In this document: positions 34,895 through 44,808 of the stretch, in pieces
Numbering within the stretch: the first letter of the stretch is position 1
Layout: every line of letters begins with the position of its first letter
NCBI GenBank assembly: GCA_977020255.1
Contig: CDROCS010003914.1
Location: forward strand, 1 to 64,000
DNA length: 64,000 nucleotides
From: Obrimoposthia wandeli
Taxonomy: Eukaryota
Reading direction: 5' to 3'
Notes under the pieces: model-generated
The model's database searches: none
Told to the model about the DNA's origin: nothing
The model's input: the letters and a program-made list of their open reading frames with translations, nothing else
Translations under genes and position numbers: made by a program

Positions 34895-36814
34895 ATGGAT
34901 GGTTTTAGAATGCAGCATACTTATCGATTAGGGATTGGGGGACGGCTATTTTTAGCTTTAGTACTTATATCTTCAATCACTATTATCGCTAGTGGTTTAT
35001 CTAGTCGCACTTTCCTGGATTTGCGAAATCAATTGCATCTTCTGGAGGAGCAAGATATTACCGGGCTTGATGCCGCTGCAAGATTAAATGATAAGAGCCG
35101 CTTAATAGTCGCTACTGCCCCTATATTAGTGACCGCTGAGTCCAATTTATTGCGGCATCAGGCAATGATTAAACTCGATAATGCGATGATAAACATGGAT
35201 TTATTGATGCGTAATTTGCCTGATTATGACAATTACTTTCGTGAGTTAATTGCTCAAATCGATAATAATTTGGAACTGTTAAATCAAAGTGTTGAGCATC
35301 GCGAACAATTACATCAACAGTTGCGCCAAACATTGAAAAATATTGATCCGCTGTTTAAGCAGATAATTTTCCAGTTGCAGCGACTACCGAAATGGCCATT
35401 AGATCAGAGTAGGTTAAAGGTAATTAATCAATTATATTACTTTGTAGGTTTAATTGAAAAAATTGCTAATGACCCTTCCTTTAACGATTTAGATGATACC
35501 TTTCTGCGTTTAGAAAGTGTTGGACAACAGGTTAAACTACACTTAGCACAGGCACCTAAGGGGCTAGATAATGAACTGGGTCGACACATAACAGCACTAT
35601 TAACTCATGGCAGCCGTAAAGGAGATTTGTTTGCTTGGCAGAACGAGCAATTAGAGCTAGCCTACCAACAAGGTTTTTTCCTGCAAAATGCTTTGCAGAA
35701 TATCCATCAGCTTGCTGCTCAAATCAATTTGTATACTGATACTACTAACCAGCGCATTAGTCATTCTCTGCAGCGGGCCATCATTTCTATCAACCGCAAT
35801 ATGACTAGCGTCTTACTTCTATCATTGATTAGCTTAATAGCCGCCTGTGCTATCTCTTGGTTTTATGTGCGGCGTAATGTGTTACAACGGATTCTGGAGT
35901 TACAGCAAAATATGCGTTCAATAGCCTCAGCCAAATTAGATACCCAGATACGCATTTTAGGTAATGATGAAATATCCAATATGGCCGCTGATCTTAAGCA
36001 TTTTCAAAGAACAGCCCTAGCGGTTGAACGCACCAACTTAGCCCTGGCGGCGCAGATTGAAGAACGAGTGATTGCCGAGCAGCAATTGCAACTGACTCAA
36101 AACGAGTTAATTCAAGCAGCTAAGCTTGCAGATCTCGGCCAATTGAGCGTGAGTATTACTCATGAAATTAACCAACCATTAACTGCTGTCATCAGTCATC
36201 TGCATAGTGCAGGCTTGCATCTAGACAATGGTAAGTTTGACGCGGTGCGGCATAATCATGTAAAAATTAAATTTTTATTGGATAAAGTTAGCATCATTAC
36301 ACGTCATTTAAAATCATTTGCCCGCAAAGCTGCGACTGAATTATCAGCAGTGGATTTACAGCCTGTTATCAATGGTGCTATTGATTTAATGTCGAGTCAA
36401 TTTAACGAGCAAAAATGCCGACTGAGCTATTCAGCTTTGTCTTCATCTCCAGCTGTACAGGCTGAATCTATTCGATTGGAGCAAGTGCTCATCAATCTAC
36501 TGAGCAATGCATTGGATGCGGTGCAAAATACACGTCAGCCTGAAATCAGCATATCTGTGATTGTTAAGCACGCTGAATTGTGGATTGAAGTACGAGATAA
36601 CGGTGTAGGGATCAATACATCGCAGTTAGATTATATCTTCGATCCCTTTTATACCAATAGAAATTCAGGAGAGGGGTTGGGGTTAGGTTTGTCAATTAGC
36701 TATAATATAGTGCAAGACTTTGGTGGGCAGCTCAAGGTGACCTCCGAACCCGGTAATGGAAGTTGTTTTTCAGTAATATTAAAGTTAGCAGAGACGCATG
36801 ATAGAAGAAATTAA
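34895..36814 (+). CDS. Sensor histidine kinase, PgtB/DctB-like
   Basis: Two TMs flanking a helical periplasmic region, HAMP, H-box HEINQPL, N-box EQVLINLLSNALDA, DNGVG, GLGLGLSIS. Confidence 0.92.
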   Translation: MDGFRMQHTYRLGIGGRLFLALVLISSITIIASGLSSRTFLDLRNQLHLLEEQDITGLDAAARLNDKSRLIVATAPILVTAESNLLRHQAMIKLDNAMINMDLLMRNLPDYDNYFRELIAQIDNNLELLNQSVEHREQLHQQLRQTLKNIDPLFKQIIFQLQRLPKWPLDQSRLKVINQLYYFVGLIEKIANDPSFNDLDDTFLRLESVGQQVKLHLAQAPKGLDNELGRHITALLTHGSRKGDLFAWQNEQLELAYQQGFFLQNALQNIHQLAAQINLYTDTTNQRISHSLQRAIISINRNMTSVLLLSLISLIAACAISWFYVRRNVLQRILELQQNMRSIASAKLDTQIRILGNDEISNMAADLKHFQRTALAVERTNLALAAQIEERVIAEQQLQLTQNELIQAAKLADLGQLSVSITHEINQPLTAVISHLHSAGLHLDNGKFDAVRHNHVKIKFLLDKVSIITRHLKSFARKAATELSAVDLQPVINGAIDLMSSQFNEQKCRLSYSALSSSPAVQAESIRLEQVLINLLSNALDAVQNTRQPEISISVIVKHAELWIEVRDNGVGINTSQLDYIFDPFYTNRNSGEGLGLGLSISYNIVQDFGGQLKVTSEPGNGSCFSVILKLAETHDRRN

Positions 36815-38141
36815 AGTAATCATTATCGATAATGATAAAGAAATTACAGAAGCGCTTGCAGAAATGCTTAATCTTGAAGGGTTTAGCGTCATCGCTTATC
36901 AACAACCTGAAAAAGCTTTAAATCATATCGCAGTTGACTGTGCGGCTGTGATATTAAGTGATGTTAAAATGTCAAAATTAGATGGACTTAGTTTACTTGC
37001 GCGTTTGCAGAAACTCGATGCTTCATTGCCAGTATTATTGATGAGTGGCCATGGAGACATTCCGATGGCGATGCAGGCGATGAAAGAAGGGGCTTATGAC
37101 TTTTTGGAAAAACCGCTGCAACCGCAATACCTTATCAGCCAATTACGTCGTGCTCAGGAAAAACGTCGTTTAGTCCTAGAAAATAGACGTTTGAAACAAA
37201 GTTTAGCGCAGCGCAGTGATATTGAGAAATTTATTATTGGCGATTCTGGCGCAATTAAAAGTGTGCGTCAGAATATTTTGACACTGGCTAAAAGCAATGT
37301 CGATACCATCATCTATGGGGACACCGGCAGTGGTAAAGATATAGTGGCACGTGCACTGCATCAATACAGTGAGCGCTGTGATAAGCGTTTTGTTGCTATC
37401 AATTGCGGTGGTATGAGTGAAAGTTTAATCGAGAGTGAGTTATTTGGTCATGAGGCGGGTTCATTCACCGGCGCTAATAAGCGCCATATAGGCAAGATCG
37501 AGGTGGCCAATGGCGGTACCTTATTTCTTGATGAAATAGAGTCTATGCCGTTTTCTGTGCAGATAAAACTATTGAGAGTATTGCAAGAACGCAGTATTGA
37601 ACGGGTAGGCAGCAGCACCTCTATTCCGGTAAAAATGACTGTGATTGCAGCGAGTAAAGATGATTTAGCACAATTAGGTGAGCGTGGGGAATTCCGTAAA
37701 GATCTATTCTATAGGCTCAATGTCGCCAGTATTTACTTGCCGGCGTTAAGTGAGCGTCCTGAGGATATATTGCCACTTTTTCAACATTATACTCGCAGAG
37801 CATGTGAATACTACGCCAAAGCGATGCCGGAACTCAGTGCAGAAATTGTCGATGGTTTACTGCAAAAGCAATGGTCAGGTAATGTTAGAGAGCTTAAGAA
37901 CGCTGCGGACCGGTTTGTTTTAGGGATTAGTGAAGAAGATTTGTATGGTGCTGATACAACACCACAGTCTTTAGCTGATTACGAAATACGTATGGAGCAA
38001 TTTGAGCGTCAGTTGCTGGAAGAGGGATTAAGAACCGCCAAAGGACAGGTCAGCAAAGCGGCGCAACTACTCAATCTCACTTCAAAAACCTTGTACCGTA
38101 AAATGAAGAAGCACTACCTAGACAAAAAAGTATTCAAATGA
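36798..38141 (+). CDS. Sigma54-interacting response regulator (DctD/PgtA-like)
   Basis: Receiver domain (DVKM), AAA+ GDTGSGKD, ESELFGHEAGSFTGA, GGTLFLDEIE, WSGNVREL, Fis-type HTH. Confidence 0.94.
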   Translation: MIEEIKVIIIDNDKEITEALAEMLNLEGFSVIAYQQPEKALNHIAVDCAAVILSDVKMSKLDGLSLLARLQKLDASLPVLLMSGHGDIPMAMQAMKEGAYDFLEKPLQPQYLISQLRRAQEKRRLVLENRRLKQSLAQRSDIEKFIIGDSGAIKSVRQNILTLAKSNVDTIIYGDTGSGKDIVARALHQYSERCDKRFVAINCGGMSESLIESELFGHEAGSFTGANKRHIGKIEVANGGTLFLDEIESMPFSVQIKLLRVLQERSIERVGSSTSIPVKMTVIAASKDDLAQLGERGEFRKDLFYRLNVASIYLPALSERPEDILPLFQHYTRRACEYYAKAMPELSAEIVDGLLQKQWSGNVRELKNAADRFVLGISEEDLYGADTTPQSLADYEIRMEQFERQLLEEGLRTAKGQVSKAAQLLNLTSKTLYRKMKKHYLDKKVFK

Positions 38142-38256
38142 ATTTATGGACATTTATGAGAATTACTTTTTTGGTAACGGACATTAATGTCTATAATTTT
38201 TATGTGTCATATAAATTTTAAGATCATCTTATTGTTATTTAAGTAGTTTTAATAGT

Positions 38257-38272
38257 TGGTATATAATTTGCT
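38257..38272 (+). promoter_or_regulatory. Sigma54 (-24/-12) promoter of the ABC transporter operon
   Basis: TGGTAT-ATAAT-TTGCT with GG (38258) and GC (38270) 12 bp apart, between the sigma54 activator gene and the binding-protein gene. Confidence 0.7.
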
Positions 38273-38350
38273 TTTATAGTATTGAGTTTAACTAACTCAT
38301 TCTGTGGCACAACCACTGTGACCTACAACAAAATAAAATAAGGTGTAACA

Positions 38351-39409
38351 ATGATGAAGTTGAAAGTATCAAAAACACTCCCAAGCCTGCTGTTATCGGG
38401 CGCTATATTGCTAATGTCTGGTATGGCTCAAGCTGCTGACTGCACCAATAGAGGCGTTTTGGATGACAAATTTTGCGATGAAAACCAAGATTTAGTAGCC
38501 GATTCTCCTAAAGATTCAAGCAAATGGAGAGACCCTAGCACACTTGTTTTTACCTATACTCCAGTGGAAGATCCAGCGGTTTACAAAGATGCTTTTGCTG
38601 AATTTCAGCAACATTTGAGTGCTCTTACTGGCAAAAAAGTGGTTTATTATACCGTTCACTCTAACGCTGCTGAAGTAGAAGCGATACGTTCAGGGCGCTT
38701 ACATATCGCAGGTTTCTCAACGGGACCTACAGGTTATGCTGTTAACTTAGGCGGCTTTGTACCGCTAGCAGTTAAAGGTACCGCTGAAGGCTTCCAAGGC
38801 TACAACCTGATTACTATCGTTAGAAAAGATAGCGCTATTCAAAAGATGGATGATTTAAAGGGCAAGTTAGTCGCGCATACTTCCGCCTCTTCAAACTCAG
38901 GTAATTTGGCACCGCGCGCGCTTTTTCCAAATTTAGGTATCACCCCAGATACAGACTACACAGTTAAATATTCAGGTAAACACGACCAATCTATAATGGG
39001 CGTTCTATCAGGTGATTACGAGGCAGCTCCAGTCGCTTCTGATGTATTTCATCGCATGGTAAGTGCCGGTCGTATCAGCGAAGATGACTTTCGCATCATC
39101 TACACAAGTCCACGTTTTCCAACCTCTTCTTTTGGCTACGCACATGACTTAAACCCCGAGTTGGTAACGAAAATTAAAGAAGCTTTCTCTACTTTTCGTT
39201 TCTCGGCTGACATGAGTAAAACCTTCGGTGGTGCCGATCGCTTTTTCCCTGTTACTTACCAGAAAGATTGGGCAGTGATTCGCGATATTGCGCATGCTAC
39301 AGGTACGGCATACACGAAAAAAGGATTAAAAAAGCTGGCTGAAAAAGATGCAGCTAAAGCGGCTAAAAAACGCGCTAAGGCACTTGCGGCACAAAAAGCT
39401 AGTAGTTAG
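38351..39409 (+). CDS. phnD: Phosphate/phosphite/phosphonate-type ABC substrate-binding protein (PhnD family)
   Basis: Signal peptide, TPVEDPAVY, AHTSASSNSGNLAP, YSGKHDQS, APVASDV; substrate not established. Confidence 0.85.
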   Translation: MMKLKVSKTLPSLLLSGAILLMSGMAQAADCTNRGVLDDKFCDENQDLVADSPKDSSKWRDPSTLVFTYTPVEDPAVYKDAFAEFQQHLSALTGKKVVYYTVHSNAAEVEAIRSGRLHIAGFSTGPTGYAVNLGGFVPLAVKGTAEGFQGYNLITIVRKDSAIQKMDDLKGKLVAHTSASSNSGNLAPRALFPNLGITPDTDYTVKYSGKHDQSIMGVLSGDYEAAPVASDVFHRMVSAGRISEDDFRIIYTSPRFPTSSFGYAHDLNPELVTKIKEAFSTFRFSADMSKTFGGADRFFPVTYQKDWAVIRDIAHATGTAYTKKGLKKLAEKDAAKAAKKRAKALAAQKASS

Positions 39410-39566
39410 TTTCCATCCAGAAACAAACCCTACTGCGAACGCCTCACTGAATCAATCTGCACACCACTAGATATAGTAATTTGGAATAACCAAACGCCCA
39501 TATCTAGTAGTACGCATCTTTAATTATTGAGTCGCTCTCGCGACGGTTCCGTTTCAGGAGGAAAAC
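39409..39566. mobile_element. MITE-like element, copy 2 (158 bp)
   Basis: Aligns end to end with the reverse complement of copy 1, including a 35-bp identical block; flanks TAGTTA (39403-39408) and TAGCTA (39567-39572). Confidence 0.8.
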
Positions 39567-39990
39567 TAGCTAAATAAACTTTGGCCATCTTTAAAACGCT
39601 GCAGTATGCGTTTTAGGAGCCTGTTGGGTGTACTTATTTTTCATTGGTAGAAAGTGCTGATACTTCAATATTTTGCGCGAAGTTTTCCCACTACAGATTT
39701 ACTGCCATAGATAAAATCTAAAGTCGACAGGCCCCAGGCTCTCTAAGTGAATCGCACCTACGATATTTTTGTTACCGGATATCGGTTAGTGAAAATAAGC
39801 CATACTATCGCACCATAATATTGTATCTCTAGATCGGAAATAACCTAGCAGTCGTGTTTCGGACAATTATGTCCTGAATGCTCGTTGTTTATGTTTTAGT
39901 TCTATATTTGGCTGCAAAGAATACATCAGACGATGCAAAGGTTAATTGTCTGTAGGTCATAGGTTGACCTTTAAACACAGGATTTTATAT

Positions 39991-40758
39991 ATGACAGTTG
40001 CACAAAAGTTCCTTGAAGTTAAAGGGCTGAAAAAAGAATACGTTGTTGGAAACCCTATTTTAAAAGGAGTGAGTTTCAACATCGATAGTCCTGGAATAGT
40101 CGCCATCATTGGTCCTTCAGGCACCGGGAAAAGCACTTTATTGCGTTGTATCAATCGATTAATTGATCCCAGCGCAGGGGAAATTATCTTTGATCAAGCA
40201 GATGTCTGCCAAGCAAGCGGTAAGCAGCTGCGCCAATTGCGCCGCCAAGTGGCGATGGTTTTTCAAGAATACAATTTAGTGGAACGCTTGTCGGTTATCG
40301 AAAACGTGCTTAGTGGTCGTTTAGGCTATATGTCTTCCTGGCAGGCTTGGCGGAGAAACTATCCGCAAAAAGATATCAACAATGCCTATGAATTGTTAGA
40401 AGCGGTGGGTTTAGTAGAGCATGCCAACAAGCGCGCCGATAGTCTATCAGGCGGTCAAAGACAACGCGTAGGTATCGCCAGAGCAGTGATGCAAGATCCG
40501 CGTATTATCTTGGCTGATGAGCCTACCTCGTCATTGGATCCAAAAACGGCCGTGGAAATCATGGAACTGTTGGAGAAGTTCGCCAGTGAAAAAAATATCC
40601 CAGCACTGGTTAATATGCACGATGTAAAATTGGCACAGCGCTATGCTAAGCGCATCATTGGTATGTCTGACGGTCACATCGTTTACGATGGTGATCCACA
40701 GGGGATTACCGATGAGCACTTGAAGAAAATTTACGGGGGAGAGTCATGGCTGGATTAA
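39991..40758 (+). CDS. phnC: ABC transporter ATPase, PhnC family
   Basis: Walker [34 protein letters not shown]. Confidence 0.92.
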   Translation: MTVAQKFLEVKGLKKEYVVGNPILKGVSFNIDSPGIVAIIGPSGTGKSTLLRCINRLIDPSAGEIIFDQADVCQASGKQLRQLRRQVAMVFQEYNLVERLSVIENVLSGRLGYMSSWQAWRRNYPQKDINNAYELLEAVGLVEHANKRADSLSGGQRQRVGIARAVMQDPRIILADEPTSSLDPKTAVEIMELLEKFASEKNIPALVNMHDVKLAQRYAKRIIGMSDGHIVYDGDPQGITDEHLKKIYGGESWLD

Positions 40759-41543
40759 ATAAGCAAGCTAGCACGACCAAACATAACCCTTTCCCGCGCA
40801 GTGGCTGGACCAATGCTTTGTGGTTAATCGCCGCGATCTATCTGGTTTACTCAGTTAATGCTATGGGTTTGGATTGGGAGCGGTTTGTAGCAGGATTAGG
40901 CCACGCTGATAAATTACTTGATCGGATGTTTCCACCTAATTTTAGCCGCTGGGAATTATTACTCGATGGATTAATTGAAAGTTTGGAAATAGCGGTCATA
41001 TCGAGCGTAGTTGGGATTTTTCTCTCTTTGTTTATCGGCCTATTGGCCTCACGCAACTTTATGCCAAATTGGATCAGCACTCCTGTGCGTGGTTTTATTG
41101 CGCTATGCCGCTCTTTTCATCCGGTAATCATCGCGATTTTATTTGTTAAAAGTGTTGGTTTTGGTGCGCTAGCGGGGATTCTTACTTTAGTGATTGCCTC
41201 TATCGGATTTATTGCTAAGCTCTTTGCTGAAGCGATCGAAGAAATTTCTTTAAAACAAGTTGAGGCTATTCGAGCGACGGGCGCTAGTTTTGTCAGCGTG
41301 GTTGTATTCTCTGTTATGCCGCAAGTATTTTCTCGATTTATCGGCTTCGCCACTTACCAGTTTGACTCCAACTTACGTAACTCTACTATGGTGGGTATCG
41401 TTGGTGCTGGTGGTTTAGGCGGCACGCTATTTTCTGCCTTCCAGCGTTTTGATTACGATTTTGTGGCGGCAATATTAATTACTATCATTGCATTGATTTT
41501 GTTCTGGGAGTTTTTATCGACTATCGTTAGGAGGATCTTCTAA
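40746..41543 (+). CDS. phnE: ABC transporter permease, PhnE family
   Basis: [40 protein letters not shown]. Confidence 0.92.
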   Translation: MAGLNKQASTTKHNPFPRSGWTNALWLIAAIYLVYSVNAMGLDWERFVAGLGHADKLLDRMFPPNFSRWELLLDGLIESLEIAVISSVVGIFLSLFIGLLASRNFMPNWISTPVRGFIALCRSFHPVIIAILFVKSVGFGALAGILTLVIASIGFIAKLFAEAIEEISLKQVEAIRATGASFVSVVVFSVMPQVFSRFIGFATYQFDSNLRNSTMVGIVGAGGLGGTLFSAFQRFDYDFVAAILITIIALILFWEFLSTIVRRIF

Positions 41544-42340
41544 TGTCACAAATAGATCATCACTGGCAGCGTTTTACCTTAAAACAAAAGCTGTCTCGAT
41601 TCAGTGTTTACTTGTTTTTCATTATTGCATTAGTACTGTCGGTTCGCACGGTAGAGGTCATTCCAGAATTTTTCTACGATGCCCCAGAGCAAATGGCAGA
41701 TATGTTCAGTAGAATGTGGCCAATCGATTTTGCCTTTTATCCAATATCTGTCCATGCAGCGATGATAGAAACCATAAATATCGCAACCTTGGGGACTTTG
41801 GTTACATTGATCTTCTCGATCCCGTTGGCGTTAATGAATGCATCCAACATAGTTGCTTCTCCTTGGGCGCACTGGTTAGCTAGGTTCTTTTTGGTATCCT
41901 CTCGATCGGTGAACTCGCTGGTTTGGGCACTGTTATTTGTCGCTATCTTTGGCCCAGGCGTACTGGCTGGAGTGCTGGCTATTGCATTCCGTTCGGTTGG
42001 CTTCGTCGGTAAACTATTGGCAGAAGCACTGGAGGAGATAAACATGGGTTCTGTTGAGGCGTTACGTGCTACAGGTGCTCCTTGGGGAGCTGTAATGCTC
42101 AAAGGTTACTGGCCGCAAGTTAAACCCGCATTCTTCAGCATTGTATTATTTCGCTGGGATATCAATGTCCGTGAATCAGCGGTGTTAGGGCTCGTAGGTG
42201 CAGGGGGCATTGGTGTGGTTCTAAATGATTCGATGAATCTTTTTGAATGGCAACAAGTGGCGATGTCACTATTAGCTATTTTCGCGGTAGTAGTGGCGGC
42301 GGAAATAGTAGTTGTAAACATTCGCAAACGACTTATTTAG
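41543..42340 (+). CDS. phnE: ABC transporter permease, PhnE family (second)
   Basis: KLLAEALEE, EALRATGA, RWDINVRESAVLGLVGAGGIG. Confidence 0.92.
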   Translation: MSQIDHHWQRFTLKQKLSRFSVYLFFIIALVLSVRTVEVIPEFFYDAPEQMADMFSRMWPIDFAFYPISVHAAMIETINIATLGTLVTLIFSIPLALMNASNIVASPWAHWLARFFLVSSRSVNSLVWALLFVAIFGPGVLAGVLAIAFRSVGFVGKLLAEALEEINMGSVEALRATGAPWGAVMLKGYWPQVKPAFFSIVLFRWDINVRESAVLGLVGAGGIGVVLNDSMNLFEWQQVAMSLLAIFAVVVAAEIVVVNIRKRLI

Positions 42341-42551
42341 TAATAACAAGCTAAGCTAAGTTTGGCTAAGCTGAGATGAGGAGCTGCAATATACAGCTCC
42401 TTAATGTGTACCTCCCCCAGTCTTTAACTACTAAGGGCGAGTGTCAAAAAATTTAATAAAAAAAATGCCCAAGTTGAAGCTTGTGAGTTCAACACAGAAG
42501 CCGTTTCAGTCGTAATTACAGCTCAAGGTTGGGGAATTGGTTCTGTTATCT

Positions 42552-42578
42552 AGTAGACAGCCGTTTCTGGATGGAAAC
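42552..42578. repeat. Remnant (one terminal repeat) of the MITE-like element
   Basis: AGTAGACAGCCGTTTCTGGATGGAAAC followed by TAACTA matches the right end of copy 1 (AGTAGACATCCGTTTCTGGATGGACAC-TAGCTA). Confidence 0.6.
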
Positions 42579-42680
42579 TAACTATGTTGTCTAAAAAAAT
42601 GGGGTTTTATACCCGCGTACTAAAGATGGGTATATTATACTCACTAACTATTGGAGGTTTATGAAGACGGGCGTCTATAT

Positions 42681-44000
42681 ATGTCGGAAATACATTTAGT
42701 TATTGAAAGCATTTACAAACAGGAATCAGTGAAGCTGCTTGCGGTATTAGCGCGCATATTTGGCCCACAAAATTTTGATTTAGCAGAGAGTGTCTTACAA
42801 GAATCATTTACTAGAGCCCTCATTGATTGGCAAGTCAGCGGTGTACCTGAAAACCCCAGTGCCTGGCTTATTCGGTGTGCTAAAAATCAGGCAATTGATG
42901 TTATCCGCAAAAACAAAACTCGCTTAAAGTTTGCCGAAGATTTAACGCTTTATTTTACCAGTGAATGGTCACTAGGTCGCACGGTAGAGCAAGAATTCAG
43001 TGAGACCAAGATAAAAGATGATCAATTGCGGATGATCTTCGCCTGTTGTGATCTAGCTATGAAAGCTGAGAATCGCATTCCATTTATTTTAAAAAGCTTA
43101 TGTGGCTTTAGTCTAGAAGCTATCTCGCGAGCATTACTACAACCTGTTAGCGTGATTAAAAAGCGTTTACAGCGCACTCGTAAATTACTACAGCAGCATG
43201 CTTTTAATTTTCCTGAACCTGCCCAGCTGAGCAAAGTACTGGAAAAAGTGCACACGGTGCTCTATTTACTGTTTAACGAGGGTTTTCATTCAAGTGAAAC
43301 AGGGCAAGCGATCAATGTTATGTTTTGCCAAGAGGCTATAGGATTAACCAAATTACTTATTGATGAATTACAAACTGCTAATCAAGATACTTATGGTTTA
43401 TTAGCTCTGATGCAGTTTCATATGGCTAGAATAGAGTCAAGAGTGGACGAGGAAGGGCAAAATATCCCTATTGATAGGCAAGATAGATCTTTATGGGATA
43501 GAGAGCTACTAGCTTTCGGCCAACAAAATTTAGCGTTGGCTATGGGGTTGAATAATGAAGCTTTATTAACACAAAAACCGGTTGTCCAAGTGATAGGGCG
43601 TTTTTATCTAGAGGCGCTCATTTTACAAGAACACTGTATAGCTAAACAATTCTCACAAACCAATTGGCTATTGATTGTTAATATTTATCAGCATCTTATT
43701 TATGTTACTAACTCGCCAGTGGCGAGCCTTAATCAAGCAGTAGCGATTGCCTATGCCGGAAATATAGGGGCGGCTATCGATCAAGTTGAGGGACTGCAGC
43801 AGCACAAGGCACTAAAAAATTCACATCTACCACTGGCTATTTTAGCGCATCTCAATGCTAAATTAGGCAGGTTTTCGCTAGCGCTGCAGCAAGCTGCACA
43901 ATCCATGGCATTGGGCGGTAGTGCACATGAGCATAAATCGTTAATACAGCAAATAGAACGCCAGCGAACCCCCCCACAAGGCAGCGCTTGCAACTATTAG
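42681..44000 (+). CDS. ECF sigma factor with C-terminal extension (ECF42/DUF6596-like)
   Basis: LAESVLQESF..A...W...GVPENPSAWL...AKNQAID, DDQLRMIFACC, LYLLFNEG, DRQDRSLWD, SLNQAVA. Confidence 0.88.
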   Translation: MSEIHLVIESIYKQESVKLLAVLARIFGPQNFDLAESVLQESFTRALIDWQVSGVPENPSAWLIRCAKNQAIDVIRKNKTRLKFAEDLTLYFTSEWSLGRTVEQEFSETKIKDDQLRMIFACCDLAMKAENRIPFILKSLCGFSLEAISRALLQPVSVIKKRLQRTRKLLQQHAFNFPEPAQLSKVLEKVHTVLYLLFNEGFHSSETGQAINVMFCQEAIGLTKLLIDELQTANQDTYGLLALMQFHMARIESRVDEEGQNIPIDRQDRSLWDRELLAFGQQNLALAMGLNNEALLTQKPVVQVIGRFYLEALILQEHCIAKQFSQTNWLLIVNIYQHLIYVTNSPVASLNQAVAIAYAGNIGAAIDQVEGLQQHKALKNSHLPLAILAHLNAKLGRFSLALQQAAQSMALGGSAHEHKSLIQQIERQRTPPQGSACNY

Positions 44001-44347
44001 CCCATTTGCATCACTTCGCGCACTTGTACCGTAATGCTAGGGTAGTTAAAAATAGGGCACTCTTTAGCAATCGTCAGGGCAGCATCCATATCGACGGCTC
44101 TAATGATAGAGTAACCACTGACAATTTCTTTTAATTCAGCCGCTGAAATATCAGTAACTAGTTTATCATTGGTAATCGTTTTACCTGCGTAATGTAGTGG
44201 TGAACCACCTGAAACTAACTGATCTGTCGCTTGTAAGCCACCCATCCAAGCACCCCAATTGGCCATAGAGGCCGCCATTTCCTCTTCACTAACGCCTTCC
44301 ATCCATTTTGGATCGCCACCTTGGTAAATTAACATATATTCGTTCAT
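43997..44347 (-). CDS. YCII-related (DGPF-like) protein
   Basis: EYMLIY, W.AWM..L, GGSPL, KEIVSGYSII.A.DMDAAL.IAKECP, VQVREV; ATG at 44347 with GGAG SD. Confidence 0.85.
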   Translation of the reverse strand: MNEYMLIYQGGDPKWMEGVSEEEMAASMANWGAWMGGLQATDQLVSGGSPLHYAGKTITNDKLVTDISAAELKEIVSGYSIIRAVDMDAALTIAKECPIFNYPSITVQVREVMQMG

Positions 44348-44399
44348 TGTATGCTCCGTAAATGTTAACAATTAAAGCGAAATGCCTTAATGCTATTTA

Positions 44400-44545
44400 G
44401 TGCCCATCCAGAAACGGATGTCTACTGTGAACGCCTCACTGGCACAATCTACTCACCACTATATATCGTTGTTTGGAACCTATATGTAGCAGGCATTTTG
44501 AATCATTGAGCCGCTCTCGCTATGAGTGCGTTTCAGCATGAATAC
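44400..44545. mobile_element. MITE-like element, copy 3 (146 bp, internal deletion)
   Basis: CCATCCAGAAACGGATGTCTACTG identical to copy 1 (reverse complement); exact flanking direct repeat TATTTA (44394-44399, 44546-44551). Confidence 0.8.
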
Positions 44546-44808
44546 TATTTAGATAACGTTTGTATATCTTAAAAGAGGACAATAATTTGAAATTAATATT
44601 TTAATGCAGAAAATTGCATGTAGTGACACATTAACCGCTTACTAAAATACCGAACTTTCCAGTTAAGATCCGTATATTTATGATTATAGGTAGTGCTTTG
44701 TTGTGTATGTTGTTTCGAATAAAACCCAAGTCATAATCTCCGCTAATACTGGTATTATATTTATGCTAGATTAGCAGTTATATCCCAGACTATAAAAGGA
44801 AAGTTTGT

